NCBI GenBank assembly: GCA_039799645.1
Contig: JBDLSG010000004.1
Location: 8,369 to 72,368, forward strand
Reading direction: 5' to 3'
Length of the DNA stretch: 64,000 nt
From: Pseudomonadota bacterium
GTDB lineage: Bacteria > Pseudomonadota > Gammaproteobacteria > Steroidobacterales > Steroidobacteraceae
The notes under the pieces are model-generated. The model was not told the origin of the DNA, made no database searches, and saw only the letters and a program-made list of their open reading frames with translations. Both the position numbers and the translations under genes were made by a program. Shown in pieces: positions 54,015-63,658 of the stretch (its first letter is position 1; every line of letters begins with the position of its first letter).

Positions 54015-55547
54015 ATGACATCGAACGCCGACCGGGTAATGATCTTCGACACCACGCTGCGCGATGGGGAGCAAGCCCCAGGTTGCAGCATGACGCAGCC
54101 GGAAAAGCTGCGCGTGGCGAAGGCGCTAGCCGACCTCGGCGTCGATGTCATTGAGGCCGGGTTCCCCGCCGCCTCGCCCGGCGACTGGGAGTCCGTTCAC
54201 TCGGTCGCCCGCGAGGTCGAGGGGCCCATTATTTGCGGCCTCGCCCGCTGCACACGCGATGACATCGAAAAAGCCGCGCGTGCGCTGCGTCCAGCTCCCA
54301 AGCACCGTATCCACGTATTCCTCGCCACGAGTGCTATCCACCGGCAATACAAGCTCAACATGGCGAAAGAGGAAATTATTCGCAGCGCCGTCGAGGGCGT
54401 GAAAATCGCTCGCGAATACTGCGAAGACGTCGAGTTCTCCCCTGAGGACGCCTCGCGCACGGAGCTCGAGTTCCTCGCTCAGGTTGTCGAAGCGGTCATT
54501 GACGCGGGTGCCACGACCGTCAATATCCCGGACACCGTCGGTTATACGGTGCCGCACGAGTTCGCTGAACTTTTTCGGTATCTGCGCAAGAACGTCAGCA
54601 ACATCGATCGCGCTCGCCTCTCCGTCCACTGCCATGACGATCTCGGTATGGCGGTCGCCAACAGCTTGATGGCCGTCGTTGCAGGCGCACGACAGATCGA
54701 GTGCACCATCAATGGCATCGGTGAGCGCGCGGGTAATTGCTCGCTCGAAGAAGTGGTGATGGCATTGCGTACTCGCGAAACGTTCTTCAATGCCCGAACC
54801 CACATCCAGTCGCAGAAGCTCTACCCTGCTTCTCGTCTTGTCTCGAGCATTACCGGAATGCCGATCCCGCGTAACAAAGCGATCGTTGGCGAAAACGCTT
54901 TCGCGCACGAATCGGGGATTCACCAGCATGGCATGCTCAAGCACGCGAGTACGTACGAGATCATGCGCCCGCAGGATGTCGGTCTCAGCCGCTCGGCTCT
55001 CGTACTCGGCAAGCATAGCGGCCGTCACGCCTTGCGTGAGCGCATCAAAGAACTCGGCTTTGATATCGACGAGGCGGAATTCGCGCGAGTCTTCGAAGAG
55101 TTCAAGGCGCTCGCAGACAAGAAAAAGGAATTATTCGATGGCGATATCGAAGCGCTGGTTTTGAAGGCCGAAGGCCAGGACCAGGGCCCATGGTCGCTTG
55201 AGAGCTTGAGCACCGCGTCCGGTTTGCAAAATGCAACGGCCACGGTGAGCCTGCGTCATCAAGACGGTCGCTGTATCGAACGCAGCTCCAGCGGCGATGG
55301 CCCTGTCGATGCGGCTTTCAAGGCGATCGAGGACATCACGGGCATCAACCCCTCGTTGCAGAAATTCGAGCTGCGCAGCCTCTCTGAGGGTGAGGATGCC
55401 CAGGGCGAGGCCATCGTGTACGTCAACTTTCAGGATCGAAGCTACCGAGGCTCCAGTGCGACAACCGATATCGTCGAATCGGCCACCCGTGCGTTCCTCG
55501 AAGTGATCAATCGCATCGAGTTGTCACAGAAGGCGCAGGCCGCTTAA
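54015..55547 (+). CDS. leuA: 2-isopropylmalate synthase
   Basis: IFDTTLRDGEQAPG, HCHDDLGMAVANSL, GERAGNCSLEEVV, plus a C-terminal LeuA regulatory domain. Confidence 0.95.
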   Translation: MTSNADRVMIFDTTLRDGEQAPGCSMTQPEKLRVAKALADLGVDVIEAGFPAASPGDWESVHSVAREVEGPIICGLARCTRDDIEKAARALRPAPKHRIHVFLATSAIHRQYKLNMAKEEIIRSAVEGVKIAREYCEDVEFSPEDASRTELEFLAQVVEAVIDAGATTVNIPDTVGYTVPHEFAELFRYLRKNVSNIDRARLSVHCHDDLGMAVANSLMAVVAGARQIECTINGIGERAGNCSLEEVVMALRTRETFFNARTHIQSQKLYPASRLVSSITGMPIPRNKAIVGENAFAHESGIHQHGMLKHASTYEIMRPQDVGLSRSALVLGKHSGRHALRERIKELGFDIDEAEFARVFEEFKALADKKKELFDGDIEALVLKAEGQDQGPWSLESLSTASGLQNATATVSLRHQDGRCIERSSSGDGPVDAAFKAIEDITGINPSLQKFELRSLSEGEDAQGEAIVYVNFQDRSYRGSSATTDIVESATRAFLEVINRIELSQKAQAA

Positions 55548-55604
55548 CCCGCGCACTCGCGAAACAGATACCCCACTCCTTTCACCTTATTGCAGAAGAA
55601 GTCC

Positions 55605-57011
55605 ATGTCCGCTCCGAAAACCCTGTTCGAGAAAGTCTGGGCCGCACACGAAGTAGTGCCTCAGACGGCTGATACACCCGCTGTCATATTCATCGACCTG
55701 CACCTCACCCACGAGGTCACCTCGCCGCAGGCGTTCTCCGTGCTCAAATCGCGCGGTCTCAAGCTTCGTCGTCCGGATCTGACACTGGCGACGATGGATC
55801 ACGCGACACCGACCCGAACCGAACAGGTGTTCGGTGGTGCGCCGATTTCGATCGAATCAGCGGCCAAGCAAATCCGGCAGCTGGAGGTGAATTGCGCTGA
55901 GTTCGGCGTAGAACTGCTTGGTCTGCAGGACGCGCGCCGCGGCATCGTGCACATCATCGGCCCCGAGCTGGGCGTGACACAGCCCGGCAAGACCATCGTC
56001 TGCGGCGACAGTCACACCTCCACGCACGGCGCTTTTGGCGCGCTCGCCTTCGGCATTGGCACGACGGAAGTCGGGCACGTGATGGCAACGCAATGCCTGT
56101 TGCAGAAGAAGCCGAAGACTTTTGCCGTCAATGTCTCCGGAAGACTACGCCCCGGCGTCACCCCGAAAGATTTGATCCTCGCTATCATCGGCAAGGTCGG
56201 CGTCTCGGGCGGCACCGGCTACGTATTCGAATATCGCGGCGAAGCAATTCGCGCGATGGACATGGAGCAGCGCATGACCGTCTGCAACATGTCCATTGAA
56301 GCGGGTGCGCGCGCCGGCATGATCGCGCCGGACGAGGTCACTTTTGCTTATCTCAAAGATAAACCGCGCTCGCCCAAAGGTGCTGCGTGGGATGAGGCAG
56401 TGGCTTACTGGCGCACATTGGCGACCGATGAAGGCGCGACCTTTGACAAAACCATCGAGATCGATGCCTCCGCGCTCGAGCCCATGATCACCTACGGGAC
56501 CAATCCGGGCATGGTGGTTCCGATCTCGGGACAGGTCCCAGACCGTCGTGGCGATGCCGTGTTCGATGCAGCGATGAAATACATGGGGCTGACCCCGGGC
56601 GCGCCGATCACCGACGCGCCGGTCAACGTGGTGTTCATCGGCAGCTGCACCAATGGGCGCCTCGGCGATCTTCAGGCTGCGGCGAAGGTGTTAAAGGGCC
56701 AACGCGTCGCCCCTGGCGTGCAAATGCTCGTCGTGCCGGGATCCCAAGAGGTCAAACGCGAGGCTGAAGAGCTGGGTCTGCACGAGATATTCAAACAAGC
56801 TGGCGCCGAATGGCGCGAATCAGGTTGCTCGATGTGTCTCGGCATGAACGGCGACACCGTTGCCAAGGGTGAGTATGCCGTCAGCACCAGCAATCGCAAT
56901 TTCGAAGGTCGCCAAGGTATCGGCGCTCGCACTTTGCTAGCGAGCCCCGAAACTGCGGCGGCATCGGCCATTCGCGGTCGTGTCACCGACCCGCGTGAGT
57001 TCATCATCTGA
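55605..57011 (+). CDS. leuC: 3-isopropylmalate dehydratase large subunit
   Basis: [48 protein letters not shown]. Confidence 0.95.
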   Translation: MSAPKTLFEKVWAAHEVVPQTADTPAVIFIDLHLTHEVTSPQAFSVLKSRGLKLRRPDLTLATMDHATPTRTEQVFGGAPISIESAAKQIRQLEVNCAEFGVELLGLQDARRGIVHIIGPELGVTQPGKTIVCGDSHTSTHGAFGALAFGIGTTEVGHVMATQCLLQKKPKTFAVNVSGRLRPGVTPKDLILAIIGKVGVSGGTGYVFEYRGEAIRAMDMEQRMTVCNMSIEAGARAGMIAPDEVTFAYLKDKPRSPKGAAWDEAVAYWRTLATDEGATFDKTIEIDASALEPMITYGTNPGMVVPISGQVPDRRGDAVFDAAMKYMGLTPGAPITDAPVNVVFIGSCTNGRLGDLQAAAKVLKGQRVAPGVQMLVVPGSQEVKREAEELGLHEIFKQAGAEWRESGCSMCLGMNGDTVAKGEYAVSTSNRNFEGRQGIGARTLLASPETAAASAIRGRVTDPREFII

Positions 57012-57019
57012 GGCCCACC

Positions 57020-57598
57020 ATGGATCCGATCACCGTTATTCGCTCACGCACGGTCGTGATGCCCTCCACCAATATCGATACCGACCAGATCGTACCGGCT
57101 CGTTTTTTGACGACGACTACGAAGGAAGGCCTAGGTAAACAGCTCTTTGCCGACTGGCGCTACGATGCCGCAGGGCAACCGAAGCCGGATTTCATTCTCA
57201 ATCGCCCTGAAGCGGCTGGATGTCGCGTCCTCGTTGCGGGGCGCAACATCGGCTGCGGTTCGTCGCGTGAACATGCGCCGTGGGCGTTGGTCGACTTCGG
57301 CTTTCAGGCTGTGATCAGCACCGAGATCGCCGATATCTTTCGCAATAATTCTTTGAAGAACGGACTGCTGCCGATCATCGTGGATGAGGCAACGCACGCT
57401 TGGTTGCTCGCTAACTCGGGTGTCGAGGTCGAAATCGATCTGACAACGTCCTCGTTGAAGCTTGCCGACGGTCGCAGCGTGACGTTCCCGATCGATGGCT
57501 TCGCCCGCTATTGCTTGACGAATGGCGTCGATGAGCTCGGCTTCCTGCTCTCGAAGGATGCCGAGATCAAGCGCTACGAGGCGAGTCGCCGCGCATGA
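57020..57598 (+). CDS. leuD: 3-isopropylmalate dehydratase small subunit
   Basis: [30 protein letters not shown]. Confidence 0.95.
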   Translation: MDPITVIRSRTVVMPSTNIDTDQIVPARFLTTTTKEGLGKQLFADWRYDAAGQPKPDFILNRPEAAGCRVLVAGRNIGCGSSREHAPWALVDFGFQAVISTEIADIFRNNSLKNGLLPIIVDEATHAWLLANSGVEVEIDLTTSSLKLADGRSVTFPIDGFARYCLTNGVDELGFLLSKDAEIKRYEASRRA

Positions 57599-58653
57599 AG
57601 GCGCATATCGCCGTGCTCGGGGGCGACGGAATCGGTCCTGAGGTCATTGCCGAGGCCTTGCGCGTGCTGCGTGCGGTGGCTGTGCAGCATCAACACGAGT
57701 TCGTGCTTCAGGAGTTGCCCTTCGGTGGTGTCGCCATCGACCAATTCGGCGACGGCTTGCCCGAACACACCATCCAAGGCTGTCTCGCGTCCGACGGCGT
57801 ATTGCTCGGCGCCATCGGTGGACCGAAGTGGGGCCCTAATGCGCCAGTCCGCCCTGAATCGGCCCTGCTCCGTTTGCGCGCAGAGCTTGGGGTCTATGCG
57901 AACCTTCGCCCGATCAAGGTACACCCGACGTTGCGGGCGGCCTCGCCGATCAAACCTGAGATCATCGATGGTGTGAACCTGCTCTTCGTTCGGGAACTCA
58001 CCGGTGGCATCTACTTTGGCAAAAAGTGGCGTGAGGGTGATCGCGCCGTCGACGAGTGTGCCTACACGGTCGGCGAGATCGAGCGCGTCACACGCATGGC
58101 GGGCCGGCTCGCCGTTCGCCGACGCAGCAAGATTACTCAAATCGATAAATCCAACGTGCTCGAAACGTCGCGTCTTTGGCGCAACGTGAGTGAGCGTGTC
58201 ATCCGCGAAGAGTTCCCGTCGGTCAACATCGATCACATGCTGGTCGACTCGGCGGCCATGCAACTGATCCGTAATCCGCGCGACTTCGACGTGATTCTCA
58301 CGGAGAACTTGTTTGGCGACGTGCTCACCGATGAGGGCGCGATGCTGGCGGGTTCTTTGGGTGTGTTGCCTTCGGCCGCGTTGGGTGATGGCAAGCGTGG
58401 CCTCTACGAGCCAATCCATGGGTCGGCACCCGATATCGCAGGCAAAGGCATCGCCAACCCGATCGGCACGATCATGAGTGCGGCGATGTTGCTGCGGCAT
58501 TCGCTGGGCTTGGACGCCGAGGCCGTGGCGATCGAGAAGGCAGTTGGCCGCGCTCTCGATGCCGGCGCACGCACGGCCGACATCGCAACGCCAGGTAGCA
58601 AACCCCTCTCGACGAGCGAGATGGGCGATGCGGTACTCGCAGCGCTCGTCTAG
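57595..58653 (+). CDS. leuB: 3-isopropylmalate dehydrogenase
   Basis: [54 protein letters not shown]. Confidence 0.95.
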   Translation: MKAHIAVLGGDGIGPEVIAEALRVLRAVAVQHQHEFVLQELPFGGVAIDQFGDGLPEHTIQGCLASDGVLLGAIGGPKWGPNAPVRPESALLRLRAELGVYANLRPIKVHPTLRAASPIKPEIIDGVNLLFVRELTGGIYFGKKWREGDRAVDECAYTVGEIERVTRMAGRLAVRRRSKITQIDKSNVLETSRLWRNVSERVIREEFPSVNIDHMLVDSAAMQLIRNPRDFDVILTENLFGDVLTDEGAMLAGSLGVLPSAALGDGKRGLYEPIHGSAPDIAGKGIANPIGTIMSAAMLLRHSLGLDAEAVAIEKAVGRALDAGARTADIATPGSKPLSTSEMGDAVLAALV

Positions 58654-58662
58654 CGCAGTGGG

Positions 58663-59829
58663 CTAGAGTGCCTTTAGCGCCTGCGCGAGATCCTCACGCA
58701 GGTCGTTGACCGCCTCGATACCAACCGACAAGCGCAGCAGTCCATCGGTTAAGCCCGCTGCAGCGCGCGCCGCCGGATCCATGGCCGCGTGCGTCATCGT
58801 GGCCGGATGTGCCACGAGACTCTCGACGCCGCCGAGCGATTCAGCGAGAGAAAATAACTGAAGCTCACCGACAAATTTCTCGACGGCGGGCAAGCCGCCA
58901 ACCAACTCGATGGTCACGATGGCGCCGAAACCATTCTGCTGCGCTCGCGCCGTCGCATGCTGGGGATGATCGACCAAGCCGGGATACAGCACGCGGCCGA
59001 CGCCCGGCTGAGTCTTGAGCCAACTCGCGAGCTCATTGGCATTCTGCTCGTGTATCGCCATGCGTGCGTGCAGGGTTCGCAGACCGCGCAGCACGAGAAA
59101 GCTGTCGAACGCCGTGCCCGTCATGCCGAGCGCATTGGCCCACCAGGCGAGCTGGGTTGCATCCTCCGGCGTCGCGGCAACGACCGCACCGGAGATCACA
59201 TCGCTGTGCCCGTTCAGGTATTTCGTCATCGAGTGCACGACGAGATCGGCGCCGAGCGACAAGGGCTGCTGCAGCACTGGCGAGAGGAAGGTGTTGTCGA
59301 CGGCAACTTTCGCGCCGGCTGCATGCGCGACACGCGCGACGTCTCGAATGTCCGTGATACGCAGTAACGGGTTACTTGGCGATTCCACCCAAACCAAATC
59401 CGCGGGCGTGCTGAGCGCGGAACGCCAAGCGCTGTCATTACCGAAGTCGACGAACTCGACACGAAAATCTCCGCGTCGCTGCCACGCCGAGAAAAGTCGG
59501 AACGTGCCGCCATAACAATCGTGCGGCACGACGATACGGGCGCCTTGTTTCAGGATTTGCCCCACCAAGGCGATCGCACCCATCCCCGACCCCGTTACGA
59601 CGGCGCCGGCGCCTCCTTCTAGATCAGCGACGGCTTCGGCTAAAAGATCGCGCGTCGGATTTCCGGAGCGCGAGTAATCGTAGCGACCTTTCACGCCGAA
59701 GCTGGGAAACGCGAAGGTGGAGCTCAGGTGGATCGGCGGGACAACCGCACCGGTGGTCGGATCGGATTCGAGCCCAGCTCGAACGGCGCGGGTTCGCGGA
59801 TCATTGGCGGCTTGCGTCTTGCGATTCAT
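58663..59829 (-). CDS. metB: Cys/Met-metabolism PLP enzyme (cystathionine gamma-synthase / O-acylhomoserine thiol-lyase type)
   Basis: 388 aa. PLP-lysine motif HSMTKYLNGHSDV, ESLGGVESL. Starts 2 nt after the metX stop. Confidence 0.8.
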   Translation of the reverse strand: MNRKTQAANDPRTRAVRAGLESDPTTGAVVPPIHLSSTFAFPSFGVKGRYDYSRSGNPTRDLLAEAVADLEGGAGAVVTGSGMGAIALVGQILKQGARIVVPHDCYGGTFRLFSAWQRRGDFRVEFVDFGNDSAWRSALSTPADLVWVESPSNPLLRITDIRDVARVAHAAGAKVAVDNTFLSPVLQQPLSLGADLVVHSMTKYLNGHSDVISGAVVAATPEDATQLAWWANALGMTGTAFDSFLVLRGLRTLHARMAIHEQNANELASWLKTQPGVGRVLYPGLVDHPQHATARAQQNGFGAIVTIELVGGLPAVEKFVGELQLFSLAESLGGVESLVAHPATMTHAAMDPAARAAAGLTDGLLRLSVGIEAVNDLREDLAQALKAL

Positions 59830-59831
59830 GA

Positions 59832-60818
59832 TTACCTTAAACTTTGCTCAAAAAATGGCCGAAGTTGCTGCGCTTCTTTCAAAAACGCATCGTGCCCGAA
59901 AATCGAGTGTATTTGCGTCAATCGACACTGCGGCAGCGACGCGGCGAGCTGTTGCATATCCGCAAGGGGGACGAGCTGGTCCGAGTCCACGGCTAGTGCC
60001 GACACCGGTACCGAAATTTGCCGGGGATCGACCCGATGCAAGTCGATGGATTCCGACAAGGCGACAAAGCTACCTGCCGCGTAGCGTACGGCGTACTGTT
60101 CACCACGAGCCATCAAATATTCTTCCACCGGGAAAACGGCGCCTTCCGGGTTATGACGGGCTTCCCCATCGAAACGCTGCAGGAATTCCTCCGGTGTTCG
60201 GTAGGTCGACATCGCAAGAGCACGCGCGAGCGCGAGGGCGGATCGCGTATCCCCGAGTCGATCACCGAGCCGAACGATACGACGCTGTACGCTGCGCCAT
60301 GCGGTAGCCATCGGATGAGTGCGATGTGCCGCACTCAGCACGATCAGGCGTTGCAGCCGCTGCGGGTAGCGATCGGCGAAAGCAAGACCCACCATACCGC
60401 CGTACGAGGCGCCAACGAAGGCATGGATCGACTGGATCTCGAGATGACGCAGAACGAGGTGTAGCAACTCGGCCTGGTCGAACGTGGAAACACTCGGAAA
60501 GGCTAACGAGTCTTTCGGACCTGTCGTGTCGCCACTGCCTCCGAGATAGTCGAAGGAGAGAATCTGGTATCGATCTGTCGGGATCGGCGCGCCCGGCCCG
60601 ACGACCGTACTCCACCAACCGGCGGCTGCGTCGCGTTGATCGCAAACAACTCGATGCGCAGAGATGCCGCCGAGCGCGACAACCACCGGGTGCACTGGGT
60701 CACCCTCGCAGCGCCAAGCGATATCTAGCGATGCGATTTGGCCGCCGTGGTGCAAACAGAACGGTTTGCCTAACGACAAAACTCCTTCACGGACGTTACG
60801 GGCGATCTGGGACGACAT
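59832..60818 (-). CDS. metX: Homoserine O-acyltransferase (MetX family)
   Basis: Start ATG 60818 (MSSQIARNVREGVL...). Alpha/beta-hydrolase nucleophile elbow GASYGGMVG, C-terminal HDAFL. The upstream part of track ORF 59832..61082 covers the riboswitch and is not coding. Confidence 0.85.
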   Translation of the reverse strand: MSSQIARNVREGVLSLGKPFCLHHGGQIASLDIAWRCEGDPVHPVVVALGGISAHRVVCDQRDAAAGWWSTVVGPGAPIPTDRYQILSFDYLGGSGDTTGPKDSLAFPSVSTFDQAELLHLVLRHLEIQSIHAFVGASYGGMVGLAFADRYPQRLQRLIVLSAAHRTHPMATAWRSVQRRIVRLGDRLGDTRSALALARALAMSTYRTPEEFLQRFDGEARHNPEGAVFPVEEYLMARGEQYAVRYAAGSFVALSESIDLHRVDPRQISVPVSALAVDSDQLVPLADMQQLAASLPQCRLTQIHSIFGHDAFLKEAQQLRPFFEQSLR

Positions 60819-60924
60819 GTTCGAGTGGTGTTCCGAGTTGCCATGGCTCACACCGATCAACCCGCTCGACGAGTGCCCGCGCGCGGCGGGGACCGACAGC
60901 CATCTCCTCGCGGAGCCATGTCGG

Positions 60925-61042
60925 CACTCATCTGACCGCAGTATTGTGCTGCGGCAGGAGTTGGCACCTTCACGGTGTGGTTGGCACCGTTGGTTGCCCC
61001 GGCTTCGTCGGGCCTGTCCCTCTGCCGGTCTCGATGAGGCGG
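60925..61042 (-). promoter_or_regulatory. SAM-I (S-box) riboswitch aptamer in the metX-metB leader
   Basis: Minus strand reads CCTCATCGAGACCGGCAGAGGGACAGGCCCGACGAAGCCGGGGCAACCAACGGTGCCAACCACACCGTGAAGGTGCCAACTCCTGCCGCAGCACAATACTGCGGTCAGATGAGTG. It shows the P1 pairing CTCATC/GATGAG and the conserved blocks GAGGGAxxGGCCCGAxGAAGCC, GCAACC and GGTGCCAAxTCC. Confidence 0.85.
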
Positions 61043-61102
61043 CGGATGGTAAGTGTCGGACCGGACAGGCGTCAAGTTGCACCTTGAGCTTGCGACCATT
61101 TT

Positions 61103-61117
61103 GTACTATCGTACTAG
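61103..61117. promoter_or_regulatory. Tandem GTACTA / GTACTAG repeats (trp-operator-like half sites) in the divergent metX / TrpR-like gene promoter region
   Basis: ttGTACTAtcGTACTAGcac. The opposite strand reads CTAGTACG, the 8-mer recalled from the E. coli trp operator (AACTAGTACGCAAG). Lies 27-41 nt upstream of the TrpR-like ORF. Confidence 0.4.
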
Positions 61118-61143
61118 CACGTTAATACATTCAAACGGTCCCC

Positions 61144-61455
61144 ATGAAGCCCCACCCCACGGTCTCGCCTCGCCAAGAGGCCCGCGCCGAGAAGCACCTC
61201 TATCAGGCGATTTTGACCCTCAAGTCGGTCGAGGAGTGCCGCGCGTTCTTTCGCGACCTATGCACTCCCGCTGAGCTCGAGGCGATGTCGGATCGCTGGG
61301 CCGTTGTCGAGTGGCTAGAGCGCGGCGTTCCCTACCGAGAGATTCACAAACACACGGGTGTCAGTGTGACCACCATCGCGCGCGTCGCGCGCTACGTCGG
61401 CGACGGCAACGGCGGCTACGAGCTTGCCCGTCAACGCTTGCAGGAGAATCGATGA
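61144..61455 (+). CDS. TrpR-related (YerC/YecD family) DNA-binding protein
   Basis: 103 aa. LCTPAELEAMSDRWAVVEWLERGVPYREIHKHTGVSVTTIARVAR matches the TrpR-like helix-turn-helix. Its stop overlaps the hisG ATG. Confidence 0.8.
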   Translation: MKPHPTVSPRQEARAEKHLYQAILTLKSVEECRAFFRDLCTPAELEAMSDRWAVVEWLERGVPYREIHKHTGVSVTTIARVARYVGDGNGGYELARQRLQENR

Positions 61456-62360
61456 TGTCCGCCGCTGACCCCAATCGTTTGAAGCTCGCTGTGCAGAAAT
61501 CCGGCCGCTTGACAGAACATTCGACCGACCTCTTGGTTCGATGCGGGCTCAAATTCTCGCGCGGCAAGGATCAACTTGTCGGCTTTGGCGAGAACATGCC
61601 GCTCGATCTGCTCTTTGTCCGCGACGACGATATTCCAGACTTGGTCGAAGAAGACGTCTGCGACTTAGGTCTGGTCGGGCTCAACGTGCTCGAGGAGAAG
61701 CGCCTCGAGTGGATCGCGCGCGGACACGAGCCCAAGTTCACCATCTTGCGTCCACTCGACTTCGGGCGTTGTCGGCTTGCCATCGCCATACCCGAGGAGA
61801 TGGCCTGGACTGGGGCCGCCTCGTTGCAAGGTAAGCGTATCGCGACGACCTACCCCTATGTGCTCGGGCGATTCTTGCGCGAGAGAGGCATCGAGGCCGA
61901 TATCGTGACGCTCTCCGGAGCCGTGGAAATTGCACCGCGTTTGGGACGCGCCGATGCGATCTGTGATCTCGTTTCAACGGGGTCGACATTGCTCGCCAAT
62001 CGGCTGCGCGAAGTGGAAACCGTGCTCGAGAGTCAGGTTGTCTTGATCCGAACACCCGTTGCCATCGATCCCATCAAGACCGAATGGGTTGAGCGTTTGC
62101 TGATGCGTATCGATGGCGTGCAACAAGTCCGCGAAAGCAAATACATCATGCTGCATGCACCGCGCAGCGCATTGCCGGCGATTCGCCAGCTGCTGCCTGG
62201 CAGCGAATCACCGACCATCATTCCGCTTGAGGGGCATCCGGATCGCGTCGCCGTGCACGCGGTATGCCGTGAAAATGTGTTCTGGGAAACGCTGGAGAGC
62301 CTGAAAGCGGCTGGTGCCAGTGCCTTGCTCGTGTTACCGGTCGAGAAGATGCTCGCATGA
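61452..62360 (+). CDS. hisG: ATP phosphoribosyltransferase, long form
   Basis: Start ATG 61452 (MMSAADPNRLKLAVQKSGRL). DLVSTGSTLLANRL. About 300 aa including the C-terminal regulatory domain. Confidence 0.9.
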   Translation: MMSAADPNRLKLAVQKSGRLTEHSTDLLVRCGLKFSRGKDQLVGFGENMPLDLLFVRDDDIPDLVEEDVCDLGLVGLNVLEEKRLEWIARGHEPKFTILRPLDFGRCRLAIAIPEEMAWTGAASLQGKRIATTYPYVLGRFLRERGIEADIVTLSGAVEIAPRLGRADAICDLVSTGSTLLANRLREVETVLESQVVLIRTPVAIDPIKTEWVERLLMRIDGVQQVRESKYIMLHAPRSALPAIRQLLPGSESPTIIPLEGHPDRVAVHAVCRENVFWETLESLKAAGASALLVLPVEKMLA

Positions 62361-63658
62361 TGTTACCGATTCTCGATTACGCCGCACTCGACGCCGCCGC
62401 TCGGCGTGACGCTTTGTCGCGCCCAGCAGTGGCCGAACGTGCGCAACTGGTTTCACTCGTTCGCGAGACGGTGGCTCGAGTGCGTGCAGAGGGCGATTCG
62501 GCGGTGCTCGACTACGCACGACGTTTCGATGGTGGCGAGCCGGAATCACTGCGCGTGTCCGTCGATGATCTCGATTCGGCGTTGCAGTCTCTAGCCCCGA
62601 TCGAACGACACGCGCTGGAGCGCGCGATCGACAACGTGCGGCGTTTCCACGCAGCACAGTTACCAGCGCCGCTATCGGTCGAGACCTCGCCCGGCGTTCG
62701 ATGTGAGCGCATCACCCGACCGATCGATTCGGTAGGACTTTATGTGCCAGGTGGGTCTGCGCCCCTGCCCTCCGCCCTGATCATGTCGGCCGTGCCAGCT
62801 GAACTCGCTGGCTGCCCGCGCCGGGTACTTTGCACTCCCGCGGCTCGCGGTCAGCCGATACACCGTTCAATACTCGCGACGGCGCGTCTCCTTGGAATCA
62901 CTGAAGTATTCGCCGCAGGCGGCGCGCAAGCCATTGCTGCAATGGCGTATGGCACGCAGACAATTCCCAAGGTCGACAAGATCGTGGGCCCTGGTTCCGC
63001 CTGGGTAACGGCAGCTAAACAAATCGTGGCCGAAGACGCCGCGGGTGCAGCACTCGATCTGCCCGCGGGTCCCTCCGAGGTGTTGGTCATCGCCGACGAC
63101 GCAGCAAATCCCGCGTTCGTTGCGGCAGACCTGCTTGCGCAAGCTGAGCACGATCCGCTGTCGCAGGCGATTCTACTCACCACATCCAGAGAATTGGCCG
63201 AAGCGGTCCGAACGAGTGCACTGGCACAGCTTCCGAAGCTCTCGCGTCGCGACATTCTCGATCAGTCGCTGCAGCGTAGCCGATTAATCGTGGTGAGCGA
63301 TCTTGCGACGGCATTACGCATCTCGAACGATTACGCACCGGAGCACCTGATATTGCAGTTGCGTGACGCGCGTCAGCATCTACCGGCCATCACCTCTGCA
63401 GGCTCGATTTTCTTGGGCGCTTGGAGTCCAGAACCAATGGGCGATTACTGCTCGGGCACCAACCATGTTCTGCCGACTTACGGTTACGCGCGCGCGTACA
63501 GCGGTCTGTCGGTACACGACTTCCTCAAGCGCATCACCGTGCAGGAGCTGACGCCCGATGGTCTGCGCGGCCTCGGCCCAACGGCCAGCGTGCTTGCGGG
63601 TATCGAAGGTCTCGATGCGCACGCACTCGCCGTCGATTTACGTTTGGCGGCTCTATGA
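62357..63658 (+). CDS. hisD: Histidinol dehydrogenase
   Basis: 433 aa. GLYVPGGSAPLPSALIM, GPSEVLVIADD, LAQAEHD, YAPEHL, GDYCSGTNHVLPT. Confidence 0.95.
   Translation: MMLPILDYAALDAAARRDALSRPAVAERAQLVSLVRETVARVRAEGDSAVLDYARRFDGGEPESLRVSVDDLDSALQSLAPIERHALERAIDNVRRFHAAQLPAPLSVETSPGVRCERITRPIDSVGLYVPGGSAPLPSALIMSAVPAELAGCPRRVLCTPAARGQPIHRSILATARLLGITEVFAAGGAQAIAAMAYGTQTIPKVDKIVGPGSAWVTAAKQIVAEDAAGAALDLPAGPSEVLVIADDAANPAFVAADLLAQAEHDPLSQAILLTTSRELAEAVRTSALAQLPKLSRRDILDQSLQRSRLIVVSDLATALRISNDYAPEHLILQLRDARQHLPAITSAGSIFLGAWSPEPMGDYCSGTNHVLPTYGYARAYSGLSVHDFLKRITVQELTPDGLRGLGPTASVLAGIEGLDAHALAVDLRLAAL

Noticed and set aside
60819-60912. 35-codon upstream ORF (ATG at 60910-60912, MAVGPRRARALVER...) inside the metX riboswitch expression platform, preceded by GAGGAG
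   Set aside because: The GGAG abuts the ATG with zero spacing, so it is not a functional Shine-Dalgarno sequence. The peptide is Arg/Pro-rich nonsense in a different frame from metX. It is more likely just part of a GC-rich hairpin.
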